In this document: positions 1-9,734 of the stretch, in pieces
Layout of the letters: every line of letters starts with the position of its first letter
How positions within the stretch are numbered: position 1 is the stretch's first letter
DNA from: Nostoc sp.
GTDB taxonomy: Bacteria; Cyanobacteriota; Cyanobacteriia; Cyanobacteriales; Nostocaceae
NCBI GenBank assembly: GCA_036918135.1
Contig: JBALDB010000011.1
Location: forward strand, 1-64,000
DNA length: 64,000 nt
Reading direction: 5' to 3'
Translations under genes and position numbers: made by a program
The notes under the pieces: generated by a model
Told to the model about the DNA's origin: nothing
Databases searched by the model: none
The model's input: the letters and a program-made list of their open reading frames with translations, nothing else

Positions 1-250
1 CTGCCACGAACATTTGAGTCAACCTTGTCATCCTTGAGGAATTTGAGGATTTCAGGGATGTATTGAGCCGCCGCCTGCCCGAAGTTGCTCAATGCCTCTG
101 CTGCACTGCCACGAACATTTGAGTCAACCTTGTCATCCTTGAGGAATTTGAGGATTTCAGGGATGTATTGAGCCGCCGCCTGCCCGAAGTTGCTCAATGC
201 ATAAGCCGCACTGCCACGAACATTTGAGTCAACCTTGTCATCCTTGAGGA
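1..250. repeat. 105-bp near-identical tandem repeat encoding the HEAT units
   Basis: ctgccacgaacatttgagtcaaccttgtcatccttgagga recurs at 1, 106 and 211. Confidence 0.95.
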
Positions 251-530
251 TGTTGGCAACTTTCTGTGCTATATCCTCCGGTTTCTTAACCACGGTTTTC
301 AAGTCTTTTAGCTCATATGCAGCTAATTTGTCAAAAGCATATCCCTTCACTTTGTCGTATCTGTCGTCAAGGGCTGCTACTATACCGTTAATCTGCCAAT
401 CTTGGGGTTTGGGTTTGGGGGTTTCTTTGGCGCTAACCCAAGGTAGACAAAAAAGAAAAGAAAGGATGAAGGCTAAAGCATAAAGGATAAAGCGAGAAGG
501 CTTGCTGCGGTAGCGGGGACTTGTGACCAT
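1..530 (-). CDS. HEAT-repeat protein with N-terminal signal/TM segment (5' part; runs off the window start)
   Basis: Hand translation from ATG at 530: MVTSPRYRSKPSRFILYALAFILSFLFCLPWVSA... followed by 35-aa repeats LKDDKVDSNVRGSAA(Y/E)ALSNFGQAAAQYIPEILKF; not in the ORF track because it is truncated. Confidence 0.85.
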   Translation of the reverse strand, partial: MVTSPRYRSKPSRFILYALAFILSFLFCLPWVSAKETPKPKPQDWQINGIVAALDDRYDKVKGYAFDKLAAYELKDLKTVVKKPEDIAQKVANILKDDKVDSNVRGSAAYALSNFGQAAAQYIPEILKFLKDDKVDSNVRGSAAEALSNFGQAAAQYIPEILKFLKDDKVDSNVRG

Positions 531-645
531 GTTTGGAGCAAGGTGGCAGATTACACGAGATTATGAGTATAATAACAACCCTGCAATTCCTAATTCCTGA
601 TTAAGAATGCAATTTGGTATCAACAAGTGGTAGGCGATTCTCATT

Positions 646-897
646 CACGAGTATCAAAGACTCGCTCACGAGTATTAAAGACTCTCGCGCGAGTATCAAA
701 GACTCGTCCACGAGTATCAAAGACTCTCCCGCGAGTATTAAAGACTCTCCCGCGAGTATCAAAGACTCGTCCACGAGTATAAAAGACTCTCGCGCGAGTA
801 TAAAAGACTCGTCCACGAGTATCAAAGACTCTCGCGCGAGTATCAAAGACTCTCGCGCGAGTATTAAAGACTCGTCCACGAGTATCAAAGACTCATT
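646..897. repeat. Tandem array, 12 x 21 bp, consensus C(A/G)CGAGTAT(C/T/A)AAAGACTC-NNN, with an internal GAGT...ACTC inverted repeat
   Basis: Units start at 646, 667, ... 877; variation is confined to a few positions. Confidence 0.97.
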
Positions 898-907
898 TAC
901 CAGTTGA

Positions 908-964
908 CAAAATAAAAAGGGGAAAAGAAAAGGAATTAAATCTCTCTTTAACTTTTCCCCTTTG
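908..964 (-). terminator. Probable intrinsic terminator between the 997-1473 gene and the 21-bp array
   Basis: 12-bp inverted repeat AAAGGGGAAAAG/CTTTTCCCCTTT followed by a T-rich run on the minus strand. Confidence 0.6.
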
Positions 965-996
965 ACTCTTCCGGTATCTTTGGCAAGATTTTCAGC

Positions 997-1473
997 CTAT
1001 GAACCAGAGTTAGTTTTAGTAGGTTTATTTTTAATAGCCTTAAAACGATCGCCTAACTGTTCGGCAAGACTTTTTAACCCTGGAGTTTTCTTAGCAGCTG
1101 TCTTGACGTAATCATAAACTGTCAAACTGCTGCCCATTGCTTCGCTGCCGACTGCCATTAAGGTATCATCTACTTGTTCTGTCAGTTGTCGCAATCCAAT
1201 CAAAAGTTCGGTAAGCGTTGCTGCAAGTTGATAATCCCGGACAAATTCATCGACATCAAAACTGGCTGGTAAAATGTCTCGGTTAGACTGGGCAGCAGTA
1301 AGGCTAGTGTTGACGAAAGCTAGGCTTTTATCGCCCATCTTAAATAACTTGCGTCGTTCTTCCACACTCAGGGTTACGAGAAAAGGCATCTTTGCTTGGA
1401 TAGTCGCAAACGCTGCTTTAATTTCTCGGATATCTGCTGGGGTAAGGGAGCCTGTAATATTTTGGTAAGCCAT
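997..1473 (-). CDS. Hypothetical, probably all-helical protein (158 aa) adjacent to the 21-bp array
   Basis: Likely start MAYQNITGSL at 1473; the longer ORF-track extension runs through an STRR tract; amphipathic helical pattern. Confidence 0.85.
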   Translation of the reverse strand: MAYQNITGSLTPADIREIKAAFATIQAKMPFLVTLSVEERRKLFKMGDKSLAFVNTSLTAAQSNRDILPASFDVDEFVRDYQLAATLTELLIGLRQLTEQVDDTLMAVGSEAMGSSLTVYDYVKTAAKKTPGLKSLAEQLGDRFKAIKNKPTKTNSGS

Positions 1474-1662
1474 TGGATATTTACCGTAATGAATCTGTTT
1501 GTTATGATTCCCACTCGTAAATGCGATCGCACAGGGTTGGGAGATGGGGAGACGCTCTGACGCAAAGAAAAACAAATGACTAATGACTAATGACCAATGA
1601 CTAATACCCAAATTCTGTGACAATGGTTAAGAGTAAGCCGGAATAGTAAATCCAAGCTACTC

Positions 1663-2646
1663 ATGAGCCATTCTCAAAACAGTTCTTTGTTAAGCAAACC
1701 CGTTCCATTTTCTTTTAATTGGTTATACGCTTTCTGGAAATTCTCTCGCCCGCACACGATTATTGGTACGAGTCTGAGTGTGCTGGGTTTGTATTTAATT
1801 GCCATTGCCGTTGGAGGAGAGGCGATGAATGGTGGAGGAGACGCGATGAATCGCGTCTCTACAAGTTCGCTACTATCTCTGTTGGGGGCGTGGATTTCTT
1901 GTTTGTGTGGCAATGTCTACATTGTGGGGCTGAATCAATTAGAAGATAGTGAAATTGACAAGATTAATAAGCCTCATTTACCCTTAGCTTCTGGGGAATT
2001 TTCCCGTAAAACTGGGCAATTAATTGTAGGAACTACTGGCATTTTGGCGCTAGTTGTGGCGTGGTTAACCGGGCCGTTTTTGTTTGGGATGGTGGCAATT
2101 AGTTTGATGATTGGTACTGCTTATTCTTTACCGCCAATTCGTTTGAAGCAGTTTCCCATTTGGGCAGCGCTGTGTATTTTTTCGGTACGCGGTATGATTG
2201 TAAATTTAGGATTGTATTTGCATTACAGTTGGGCATTCCAACAAAGTCAAGCAATTGTACCTGCGGTGTGGGTGTTGACGTTATTTATTTTGGTGTTTAC
2301 GTTTGCGATCGCCATTTTTAAAGATATCCCAGATATGGAAGGCGATCGCCTTTACAATATCTCTACTTTCACTATCGAACTCGGCGCTAAAGCTGTATTT
2401 AATCTCGCTCTTTGGACGATAACTGTCTGCTATTTGGGCATAATTTTAGTTGGTGTGCTACGCCTGGCCTCGGTTAACCCTATATTTGTAGTAGTTACTC
2501 ATTTAGGATTGCTCGTTTGGATGTGGTTGCGGAGTTTAACGGTAGACTTAGAAGATAAAAGTGCGATCGCTAAATTTTATCAATTTATCTGGAAACTCTT
2601 TTTTATCGAATATCTGATTTTTCCTATCGCCTGTCTTTTGGCTTAG
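1663..2646 (+). CDS. hpt: Homogentisate phytyltransferase (UbiA family, tocopherol synthesis)
   Basis: FSRPHTIIGT, NQLEDSEIDKINKPHLPLASG and KDIPDMEGD motifs; multiple TM segments. Confidence 0.9.
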   Translation: MSHSQNSSLLSKPVPFSFNWLYAFWKFSRPHTIIGTSLSVLGLYLIAIAVGGEAMNGGGDAMNRVSTSSLLSLLGAWISCLCGNVYIVGLNQLEDSEIDKINKPHLPLASGEFSRKTGQLIVGTTGILALVVAWLTGPFLFGMVAISLMIGTAYSLPPIRLKQFPIWAALCIFSVRGMIVNLGLYLHYSWAFQQSQAIVPAVWVLTLFILVFTFAIAIFKDIPDMEGDRLYNISTFTIELGAKAVFNLALWTITVCYLGIILVGVLRLASVNPIFVVVTHLGLLVWMWLRSLTVDLEDKSAIAKFYQFIWKLFFIEYLIFPIACLLA

Positions 2647-2649
2647 ACA

Positions 2650-3114
2650 ATGTTAGAAACCTTGCCAATTAATTCTATTATCGCTGGCACCATAGTTGCT
2701 TTCAGTTTGGTAATCCTGGGATATTTCGCTTGGAAAACTTTGATTACCTCAGATTTATTTCAAAAAGGAATCAATCTCGCTCAATCAGATGATTACAAAG
2801 GTGCAGAAGCAGCTTTTCGCAAAGTTATTTCTCTCAATTCAACTAACGATATGGTGCGTTTATTTCTAGGAGATGTTTTAAACCACCAAGGTGAAGTAGA
2901 AGAAGCAAAAGAATTATTTTGCGAGGTAATTCGCCGCAGCCCGAAAAACCCTGATGCTTATTTGCGTTTAGCAAATGTTTTCATGCAACAGGAGAATCGA
3001 GATGAAGCCAAAAATAATCTCCTACAAGCTAAAGAATTATTGCAAAAACAACGCCAACCTGAAAAAGCTGCAAAAATCGCTAAACTTCTGGATAAGATGA
3101 ATGCAAAATCATGA
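2650..3114 (+). CDS. TPR protein with N-terminal TM helix
   Basis: TPR pattern (AEAAFRKVI, PDAYLRLA). Confidence 0.8.
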   Translation: MLETLPINSIIAGTIVAFSLVILGYFAWKTLITSDLFQKGINLAQSDDYKGAEAAFRKVISLNSTNDMVRLFLGDVLNHQGEVEEAKELFCEVIRRSPKNPDAYLRLANVFMQQENRDEAKNNLLQAKELLQKQRQPEKAAKIAKLLDKMNAKS

Positions 3115-3329
3115 TAATAAGAAGTCGAAATTCATAATTCAGAATTATCTACCCATGAAAGGAGAAAGTTTTATAATATTAGTATTTAATAGATAGTTTT
3201 TTGCCCATAATAGGCAAGATTTTAAAGCAATACTCAGATGCTTGCGGACTCGCTATCACCTAGTCGTGCTTCAATTGATTCTGACTTATGACTTCTGACT
3301 TCTGAATAATTCAAGGTCGAGTAATAAAA

Positions 3330-4355
3330 ATGGTGAAAATAAATAATATATTAGCTACAGCCATTATCTGCTGGTGTTTGAGTGGTGTGAATACTGCTTT
3401 TGGTAAAGATGTTGGTGTTGTTTTAGCAAAAGTCGAAAACTCACCTCAAGCCGCAGTTCCTGAGAATAAAAAGGCAGTTAGTAACTTCGAGCAAGGAACC
3501 AATCTCTACAAACAAGGAGATTTAAAAGGAGCCGAAGCGGCTTTTCGCAAAGCAATTGAGCTAGAACCAAAGTTTATCCAAGCTTATATTGGTTTGGGAA
3601 ATACTCTCAACGAACTGGGTAAACCACAAGAAGCGATCGCCCAATATCAAAAAGCCATCAGTCTCGATCCTAAATCTGCCAAAGCTCACTATTACTTAGG
3701 AAATTCTTTCTATGTTCAAAGCAATTTTCCAGAAGCGATCGCTGAATACAAACAAGCTATTAACCTCGATCCCCAAGACGCAGAAGCTCACTATTATTTA
3801 GGGAACGCTTTTTATGCTCAAGGAAAGTCGGCAGAAGCAATTGCAGAGTATACAACAGCGATTCGTCTCGAACCGAAAAATGCCGCAAGTTATAATGCCT
3901 TGGGAAATGTTTTTTACGCCCAAGGCAAACTAGAAGAAGCTATCCCCCAGTACAAACAAGCCATTAGCATCGATTCCCAAGATGCAGATGCTCACTATAA
4001 CTTAGCAAGTGCTTTCTACGCTCAAGGCAAACTAGCGGAAGCAGTCGCCGACTATACCGAAGCAATTCGCCTCAATCCCAAACACGCACAAGCTTACACT
4101 GGTTTAGGGAATGCGATGGACGATCGAGGTAAGCCTCAAGAAGCGATCGCACATTACAAAAAAGCCATTAGCCTCGTACCCGATTATGCATACGCTTACT
4201 ATAATTTGGCCATCACTCTGGGAAGAGAACAACAAATAGAAGAAGCGATCGTCAATTTCAAAAAAGCCAGAGAATTATTCCAAGCTGAGGAGAACAACGA
4301 GATGGTTGAGCAAATCGATCGGCTTATTCAAAAAATTAATACCCAAACGAATTGA
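3330..4355 (+). CDS. Secreted TPR-repeat protein
   Basis: Signal-like N-terminus, about 8 34-aa TPR units (AHYYLGN...EAIAEY..AI.LDP). Confidence 0.9.
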   Translation: MVKINNILATAIICWCLSGVNTAFGKDVGVVLAKVENSPQAAVPENKKAVSNFEQGTNLYKQGDLKGAEAAFRKAIELEPKFIQAYIGLGNTLNELGKPQEAIAQYQKAISLDPKSAKAHYYLGNSFYVQSNFPEAIAEYKQAINLDPQDAEAHYYLGNAFYAQGKSAEAIAEYTTAIRLEPKNAASYNALGNVFYAQGKLEEAIPQYKQAISIDSQDADAHYNLASAFYAQGKLAEAVADYTEAIRLNPKHAQAYTGLGNAMDDRGKPQEAIAHYKKAISLVPDYAYAYYNLAITLGREQQIEEAIVNFKKARELFQAEENNEMVEQIDRLIQKINTQTN

Positions 4356-4445
4356 AAAAAGAAGTTGGGAGTTAATAGTTAGAAATTATGATTTTTCCCA
4401 TACTCTTATACCTCTATATCTTTTGTAACAAATGACAAATAATAA

Positions 4446-6065
4446 ATGACAAATGACAAAGGCAAAGTCTACTTAGTAGGTGCTGGGCCTGGAGATGTTG
4501 CATACCTAACTGTAAAAGCTTACAATCTCTTGGCTATTGCTGAGGTGTTAGTCTACGATGCTTTGGTAGATGCTCAATTATTAGAGTGTGTACCACCTAA
4601 TTGTTTAAAATTAGATGTTGGCAAACGCGGTGGTAAAGCTAGTACAAGCCAAGCAGAAATTAACAAGTTACTGGTAAAGTACTGCCAAGAAGGGAAACAA
4701 GTTGTACGCCTCAAATCAGGCGATCCCTTAATTTTTGGGCGCTGCACTTCGGAAATTGAAGCAATAATTGCATCCGGTTGTGATTTTGAACTAGTACCAG
4801 GAATTTCCTCAGCCCTTGCAGCACCGTTATTGGCAGGAATTCCCCTTACAGATCCGGTTTTAAGCCGTTGTTTTGCAGTGTTTACAGCTCACGAACCAGA
4901 GGCTTTAGACTGGGAGGCGCTATCGCGGTTAGAAACATTAGTAATTTTGATGGGAGGACAACATCTACCGGAAATTGTACATCAGCTGTTGCGATATGGG
5001 CGATCGCATTTAACACCCATAGCCATCATCCGTTGGGCAGGAACTCCTAAGCAACAAATTTGGACAGCACAACTGAACAATATTTGCGAACAAATCACCG
5101 GATTATCCCTTTCCCCAGCAGTAATTGTGATTGGCGAAGTTGTTGGGCTGTGCAAGTACTTGCAACCTGAGAATATATATAGAGAAAGTTACGCCAGTAT
5201 TTCCACAGCCCAACCTATGTCAACCAACTTCCCCCTCTCTCCCTCATCCTCCTCATCTCCCTCATCTCCCTCATCTCCCCTCGCTGCTAAAACAATTTTG
5301 GTAACACGTTCAGTCGGACAGTCGAATCAATTTAGCAATCATCTGATGGGTTTAGGTGCAACTGTCATCGAAATGCCTACCTTAGAAATTTGCCCGCCTT
5401 CGAGTTGGGAAGATTTAGATAATGCGATCGCTAGTTTATCTGACTTTGACTGGTTAATTCTCACTTCTTGCAATGGCGTAGACTACTTTTTTACAAGACT
5501 AATTGCTCAAGGTAAAGATATCCGTGCTTTGGCTGGCGTGAAAATTGCTGTTGTTGGCGAAAAAACAGCCCAGAGTCTCAAACAATATTCTCTACAACCA
5601 GATTTTATTCCCCCCAACTTTGTTGCCGATTCTTTAGTAGAAAATTTCCCAGAAGAATTATATGGTAAAAAGGTTTTATTTCCCAGAGTTGAAAGTGGCG
5701 GCAGAGAAGTTTTGGTTAAAGAATTAACTGCCAAACGAGCTAAGGTAATAGAAGTTGCCGCATATCAATCTTGTTGTCCCATTAGTATCCCAACTGCGGC
5801 CAAATTAGCTCTCCAAAACCACAAAATAGATGTAATCACTTTTGCCAGTTCTAAAACTGTACAATTTTTCTGCCAACTTACTAACAACATATTTGAGAGT
5901 AACTTTCATACTAGTGAATTCTTAGATGGTGTTTGTATTGCCTCAATTGGACCTCAAACCTCCAAAACTTGTCATTCTTTATTCGGACGTGTAGATGTCG
6001 AAGCCCAAGAATATACTTTAGATGGTTTAACCGAAGCATTGATAATCTGGGCGACAAGTTCTTAG
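4446..6065 (+). CDS. cobA: Uroporphyrinogen-III C-methyltransferase / uroporphyrinogen-III synthase fusion (CobA/HemD)
   Basis: VYLVGAGPGD and RLKSGDP in the N-terminal domain; C-terminal HemD domain (ILVTR, FASSKTV, IGPQTS); S/P-rich linker encoded by CCCTCATCT repeats. Confidence 0.92.
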   Translation: MTNDKGKVYLVGAGPGDVAYLTVKAYNLLAIAEVLVYDALVDAQLLECVPPNCLKLDVGKRGGKASTSQAEINKLLVKYCQEGKQVVRLKSGDPLIFGRCTSEIEAIIASGCDFELVPGISSALAAPLLAGIPLTDPVLSRCFAVFTAHEPEALDWEALSRLETLVILMGGQHLPEIVHQLLRYGRSHLTPIAIIRWAGTPKQQIWTAQLNNICEQITGLSLSPAVIVIGEVVGLCKYLQPENIYRESYASISTAQPMSTNFPLSPSSSSSPSSPSSPLAAKTILVTRSVGQSNQFSNHLMGLGATVIEMPTLEICPPSSWEDLDNAIASLSDFDWLILTSCNGVDYFFTRLIAQGKDIRALAGVKIAVVGEKTAQSLKQYSLQPDFIPPNFVADSLVENFPEELYGKKVLFPRVESGGREVLVKELTAKRAKVIEVAAYQSCCPISIPTAAKLALQNHKIDVITFASSKTVQFFCQLTNNIFESNFHTSEFLDGVCIASIGPQTSKTCHSLFGRVDVEAQEYTLDGLTEALIIWATSS

Positions 6066-6088
6066 GTGAAGTGGGAGGATGAGGGGGA

Positions 6089-6155
6089 TGTGGTTCGACT
6101 TCTCTACGAGACGCTACGCGTAGCTTGCTTCTCATAGGAGTACGCTCACCAACTG
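6089..6155. repeat. Nested small dispersed repeats (includes TTCTCTACGAGACGCT unit)
   Basis: Reverse complement of the unit recurs at about 22385-22403. Confidence 0.55.
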
Positions 6156-6212
6156 AGAGATAAGGAAACGCAAAGACGCGGGGAATAACCAATGACAAAT
6201 GACTAATGACCA

Positions 6213-6797
6213 ATGACAAAACGCATAATCGGCTTAACCGGAGGGATTGCTACAGGCAAAACTACTGTCACAAATTATTTAGCTAGCACTTATAATCTGC
6301 CGATTTTGGATGCAGATATTTATGCTAGAGAAGCAGTATCTTTAGGTTCGCCTATTCTTGGTGCGATCGCTCAACGTTACGGGCAACAAATTTTACTAGC
6401 TGATGGCAGCCTCAACCGCCAAAAGCTAGGTGAAATTATCTTTAATCATCAAGATGAGCGCAACTGGGTAGAGAATTTGATTCATCCTGATGTGCGCGAT
6501 CGCTTTGTTAAAGCAATTACTCAATCTTCCTCACAAACACTGGTGTTAGTTGTGCCTCTTTTATTTGAGGCTGAAATGACTGATTTGGTTACGGAAATTT
6601 GGGTAGTACGTTGTTCCCAAGAACAACAACTACAAAGATTGATCCAACGAAACTATTTAAATAGAGAACAAGCACAAGCTCGGATCGATAGTCAATTATC
6701 TTTGACAGAAAAAGTGGCTCGTGCAGATGTCGTTTTAAATAACTCTTCTACTCTAGAAGTACTACTCAAACAGGTAGATGTAGCCCTAAAAACCTGA
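6213..6797 (+). CDS. coaE: Dephospho-CoA kinase
   Basis: IGLTGGIATGKT P-loop, DAD, PLLFE. Confidence 0.95.
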   Translation: MTKRIIGLTGGIATGKTTVTNYLASTYNLPILDADIYAREAVSLGSPILGAIAQRYGQQILLADGSLNRQKLGEIIFNHQDERNWVENLIHPDVRDRFVKAITQSSSQTLVLVVPLLFEAEMTDLVTEIWVVRCSQEQQLQRLIQRNYLNREQAQARIDSQLSLTEKVARADVVLNNSSTLEVLLKQVDVALKT

Positions 6798-7230
6798 CTA
6801 TAAGCTAAAGCATATTTATCTTAAAAAAGACATATATACGACATTCTGAAGACATAATATTTTAGTAAATTAATCTTTACAACTTAAGTAAAAAATCTTC
6901 ATATTTGAGCCAAAGTTGTTTAATAATTCGGTGATTTTACAGTTGAGACTGAGGTTAGTAGTACTATAAATTTAAATAGCTAGTAAACAAATAGTCGTTA
7001 TCATCTCTGGTGTTGTACTAAATGCTCAAGATTGCAGTAAATAAAGTAATCAATATTACGCTCGGCAGAAAAATTTGAGATCGTATAAGTATTTGAGCAA
7101 GCCCTAATTAGACAAAAGTACAAGTTAAGGAAAGTAATCATTGCTAGCAATTAAGTTATCACAAAACTTAATTAATAATTAATAATTATCTGGGAACAAG
7201 ATTTTTATCTTATTTTTTAACATCACAGTT

Positions 7231-7533
7231 ATGAACTTAAGTTTGAGTTTTTTCAATAAGTTAGTTTTAGTTAACTCTCCAGCCAAAGAATTAAAAAAGA
7301 AGAATAAAATACACGATTACAGCCGACAAGTTTGGGGAAGTGACTACATATTTGAGCGAGTAAATGAAGAAACGATAGGCTACATGACTGGAGTAGGCAA
7401 CGGGATTAAAGCTAGCGATCGCATTATTCTACGACAAGGCAGTGAATCTTATCAATATCAAATTGAGGAAATTGATTACTACTCCTATCCGTCTGATATG
7501 TGGGTAGCTTTACTCAAGCAAGTAGTTCGATAA
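7231..7533 (+). CDS. Small hypothetical protein
   Basis: 100-aa ORF with normal composition after a long AT-rich upstream region. Confidence 0.65.
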   Translation: MNLSLSFFNKLVLVNSPAKELKKKNKIHDYSRQVWGSDYIFERVNEETIGYMTGVGNGIKASDRIILRQGSESYQYQIEEIDYYSYPSDMWVALLKQVVR

Positions 7534-7750
7534 ATATAATTTTATAGCAATCATAAATGAAAAAGTAAAAATTCTCGTGATGGTGATCCTTTGTCACTTG
7601 TCCTTCGTCATTTGTAATTGCAAAGGATTTATTAAAAATAATCGATAGTTAAAGGTAGGTACCCTCATAGAGCATTTATCAAGTAAATATTAACTTTTTT
7701 AGGTGCGTTATAGCGCAGCGCAACGCACCATTTTTGTCACCTAATAATTT

Positions 7751-9145
7751 TTATATTTCTCCACCAACGACTACATCTCGAATTCGTAGACTTGGGCCAC
7801 CACAACCTACTGATAAGCCATTTTGCCCTCCCTTACCACAACCACCAGATTCATCCCAATAAAAGTCATCACCAATTGCTTCTATATCGGCTAAAGTTTG
7901 AAATACATTTCCTGAAAGTGTTACATCCCGTACAGGTTCAGCAATTTTGCCGTTTCTAATCATCCACGCTTCCCCAGCACTGAAGGTGAACATTTCCCCG
8001 TTCGTCATTCCACCCAACCAATTGCGGGCATAAACTCCTTCTGTGATATCGGTAAATAAGTCTTCCACTGGTGTTTTACCCCGTTCAATCCAGGTATTTG
8101 TCATCCGCACAATTGGGGTAAAGTGATAGTCGAGACAGCGAGCATTACCCGTAGGCGTTTCCTCTAATTTGCCTGCGGTTTCACGAGAATGCAAACGTCC
8201 AACTAAAACTCCATCTTTAATTAATTGAGTAGTAGTGGCAGGAGTGCCTTCATCGTCATAAAAATAGCTACCACGATGTCCTTGTGGGGCAGCACCATCA
8301 AAAATTTGCAGTTCTTCTGGGCCAAACCGCCGTCCAATGGTCATGACTTCCAGCAAATCGGGGTTTTCATAAGCCATATCGGCTTCAGAAAGGTGTCCGA
8401 AGGCTTCGTGGACAAACAAACCTGTGAGAACTGGATCTATGACTACACTGTAAGTATTGCCTTTAACTGATGGCAGAGATAAAGCTGCAATCGCTCTTTG
8501 AGCTGCACTTTCGACTTGTCGATCCAAATGGGTTAAATCTTCGTAGGCTTTGCGAGAACCAGTAGTTTCCCTTCCAGTTTGTACAGTTTCGCCATTTTTG
8601 GCAGTGGCGGCAAAGCGCATTTCCATATCTACCCAAGATTGATCGATGAAAGTGCCTTCGGAGGTAGCGATGATTGCTCTTTGAGCGCTGTCTCCATAGC
8701 GCACTGAGGTAGTGGTAATCTGGCGATCGACGCTTTTGAGTAATTCGGTGTAGCGATCGCATAATTGTTTTTTTTGCGAAAGTGGAATTTTTCGAGGATC
8801 GGTACCGACAAGGGGCAGTTTACATACTACTTGCACTGGGTCAATGGGTGCGAGTAAAGTTTCTTCATCACCAACCATCCGCGCCGCAGCGATCGCTTCT
8901 TCTATACGATCCTTAATTGTAGAAAGTTGATTAAAGCAGCTCAACCCCCATCCACCCTTATAACAAGCGCGAATATGTCCACCAATCGAGATGCCTTCAC
9001 TGAGGGTTTCTATCTTGTCGCCACGCAATAAGATATCAGTCCCTTCTGCTTCTTCAAGGCGAATCATTAAATAATCTACACGCTTTGAGTAATGGGCAAT
9101 CAGATCGGAAAGCAAATTTTGGGCGTCAGCAAGTGTAGTCGGCAT
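7751..9145 (-). CDS. tldD: TldD/PmbA family metalloprotease (TldD type)
   Basis: HEAFGHLSEAD and C-terminal GCGKGGQ motif; ATG at 9145. Confidence 0.9.
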   Translation of the reverse strand: MPTTLADAQNLLSDLIAHYSKRVDYLMIRLEEAEGTDILLRGDKIETLSEGISIGGHIRACYKGGWGLSCFNQLSTIKDRIEEAIAAARMVGDEETLLAPIDPVQVVCKLPLVGTDPRKIPLSQKKQLCDRYTELLKSVDRQITTTSVRYGDSAQRAIIATSEGTFIDQSWVDMEMRFAATAKNGETVQTGRETTGSRKAYEDLTHLDRQVESAAQRAIAALSLPSVKGNTYSVVIDPVLTGLFVHEAFGHLSEADMAYENPDLLEVMTIGRRFGPEELQIFDGAAPQGHRGSYFYDDEGTPATTTQLIKDGVLVGRLHSRETAGKLEETPTGNARCLDYHFTPIVRMTNTWIERGKTPVEDLFTDITEGVYARNWLGGMTNGEMFTFSAGEAWMIRNGKIAEPVRDVTLSGNVFQTLADIEAIGDDFYWDESGGCGKGGQNGLSVGCGGPSLRIRDVVVGGEI

Positions 9146-9319
9146 TTCCAAGTAGTAATAATGACGAACTGCATTTATTCTGCAATTATTTGGGGATTTA
9201 TGCTAGTCAATATTGCAGTTGGCTCACGAATACATGAACTGATATCAATCTGCACACCTTAGCTGTAACTATCACTTTGGCAAAGTAGGGAGTGTGAAAA
9301 CAATAGATAAATGCTTAGC

Positions 9320-9464
9320 TATAGCAGTTCTTGCTGGAGGCAGGAGGCAAAAGGCAGAAGGCAGTTCTTGCTGGAGGCAGGAGGCAGAAGGTAGGAGGTA
9401 AAACTATTACTGTCCTAAAATTCACGCTTGTCATTATGTCCTAAAGGGTGTGACTACAGCTATA
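9320..9464 (+). mobile_element. MITE-like element, copy 1 (TATAGC...GCTATA ends)
   Basis: GGAGGCA/GAAGGCA 7-mer tract plus a conserved ~70-bp core shared with 12248-12377 and 39425-39517. Confidence 0.75.
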
Positions 9465-9734
9465 TATGAAAATAGTGTAAAATTTAGATAAACTTTGTGT
9501 ATTTATACTTAATAATTTAGGTTTTTAGTAGAATATATGAGGTTGTTAATAAGATTTTTTAATTTAATACAGAATTTCCAGTGTCAATAAAATCCTAGCC
9601 AACACTGAATTTTTTACTAAGTTTAATGACTCTTAAATACTAAACAAAGCGTCTTCTTGAACAAGGAATGATTAGTATAAGGAAAAGTTTTGTGGGTTTG
9701 ATGTAAACAGGTTTAAGTCAAAGGCAAATAACTA

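Noticed and set aside
1..250. DGR template/variable repeat, or a link between the 105-bp unit (5 x 21) and the 21-bp arrays
   Set aside because: No reverse transcriptase is in the window, the differences are not adenine-specific, and the unit has no internal 21-bp periodicity. It is simply a 35-aa HEAT repeat.
646..897. CRISPR array
   Set aside because: Units are contiguous 21-mers with only a few variable bases, there are no unique spacers, and no cas genes are in the window. The same holds for the other two arrays.
601..907. ORFs 601-888(-) and 614-907(+) as proteins
   Set aside because: They are by-products of the 21-bp periodicity with weak TTG starts; kept only as a hypothesis in the findings.
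1474..1623. N-terminal extension of ORF 997-1623
   Set aside because: It translates an STRR tract (ISHWSLVISH); the ATG at 1473 is more plausible.
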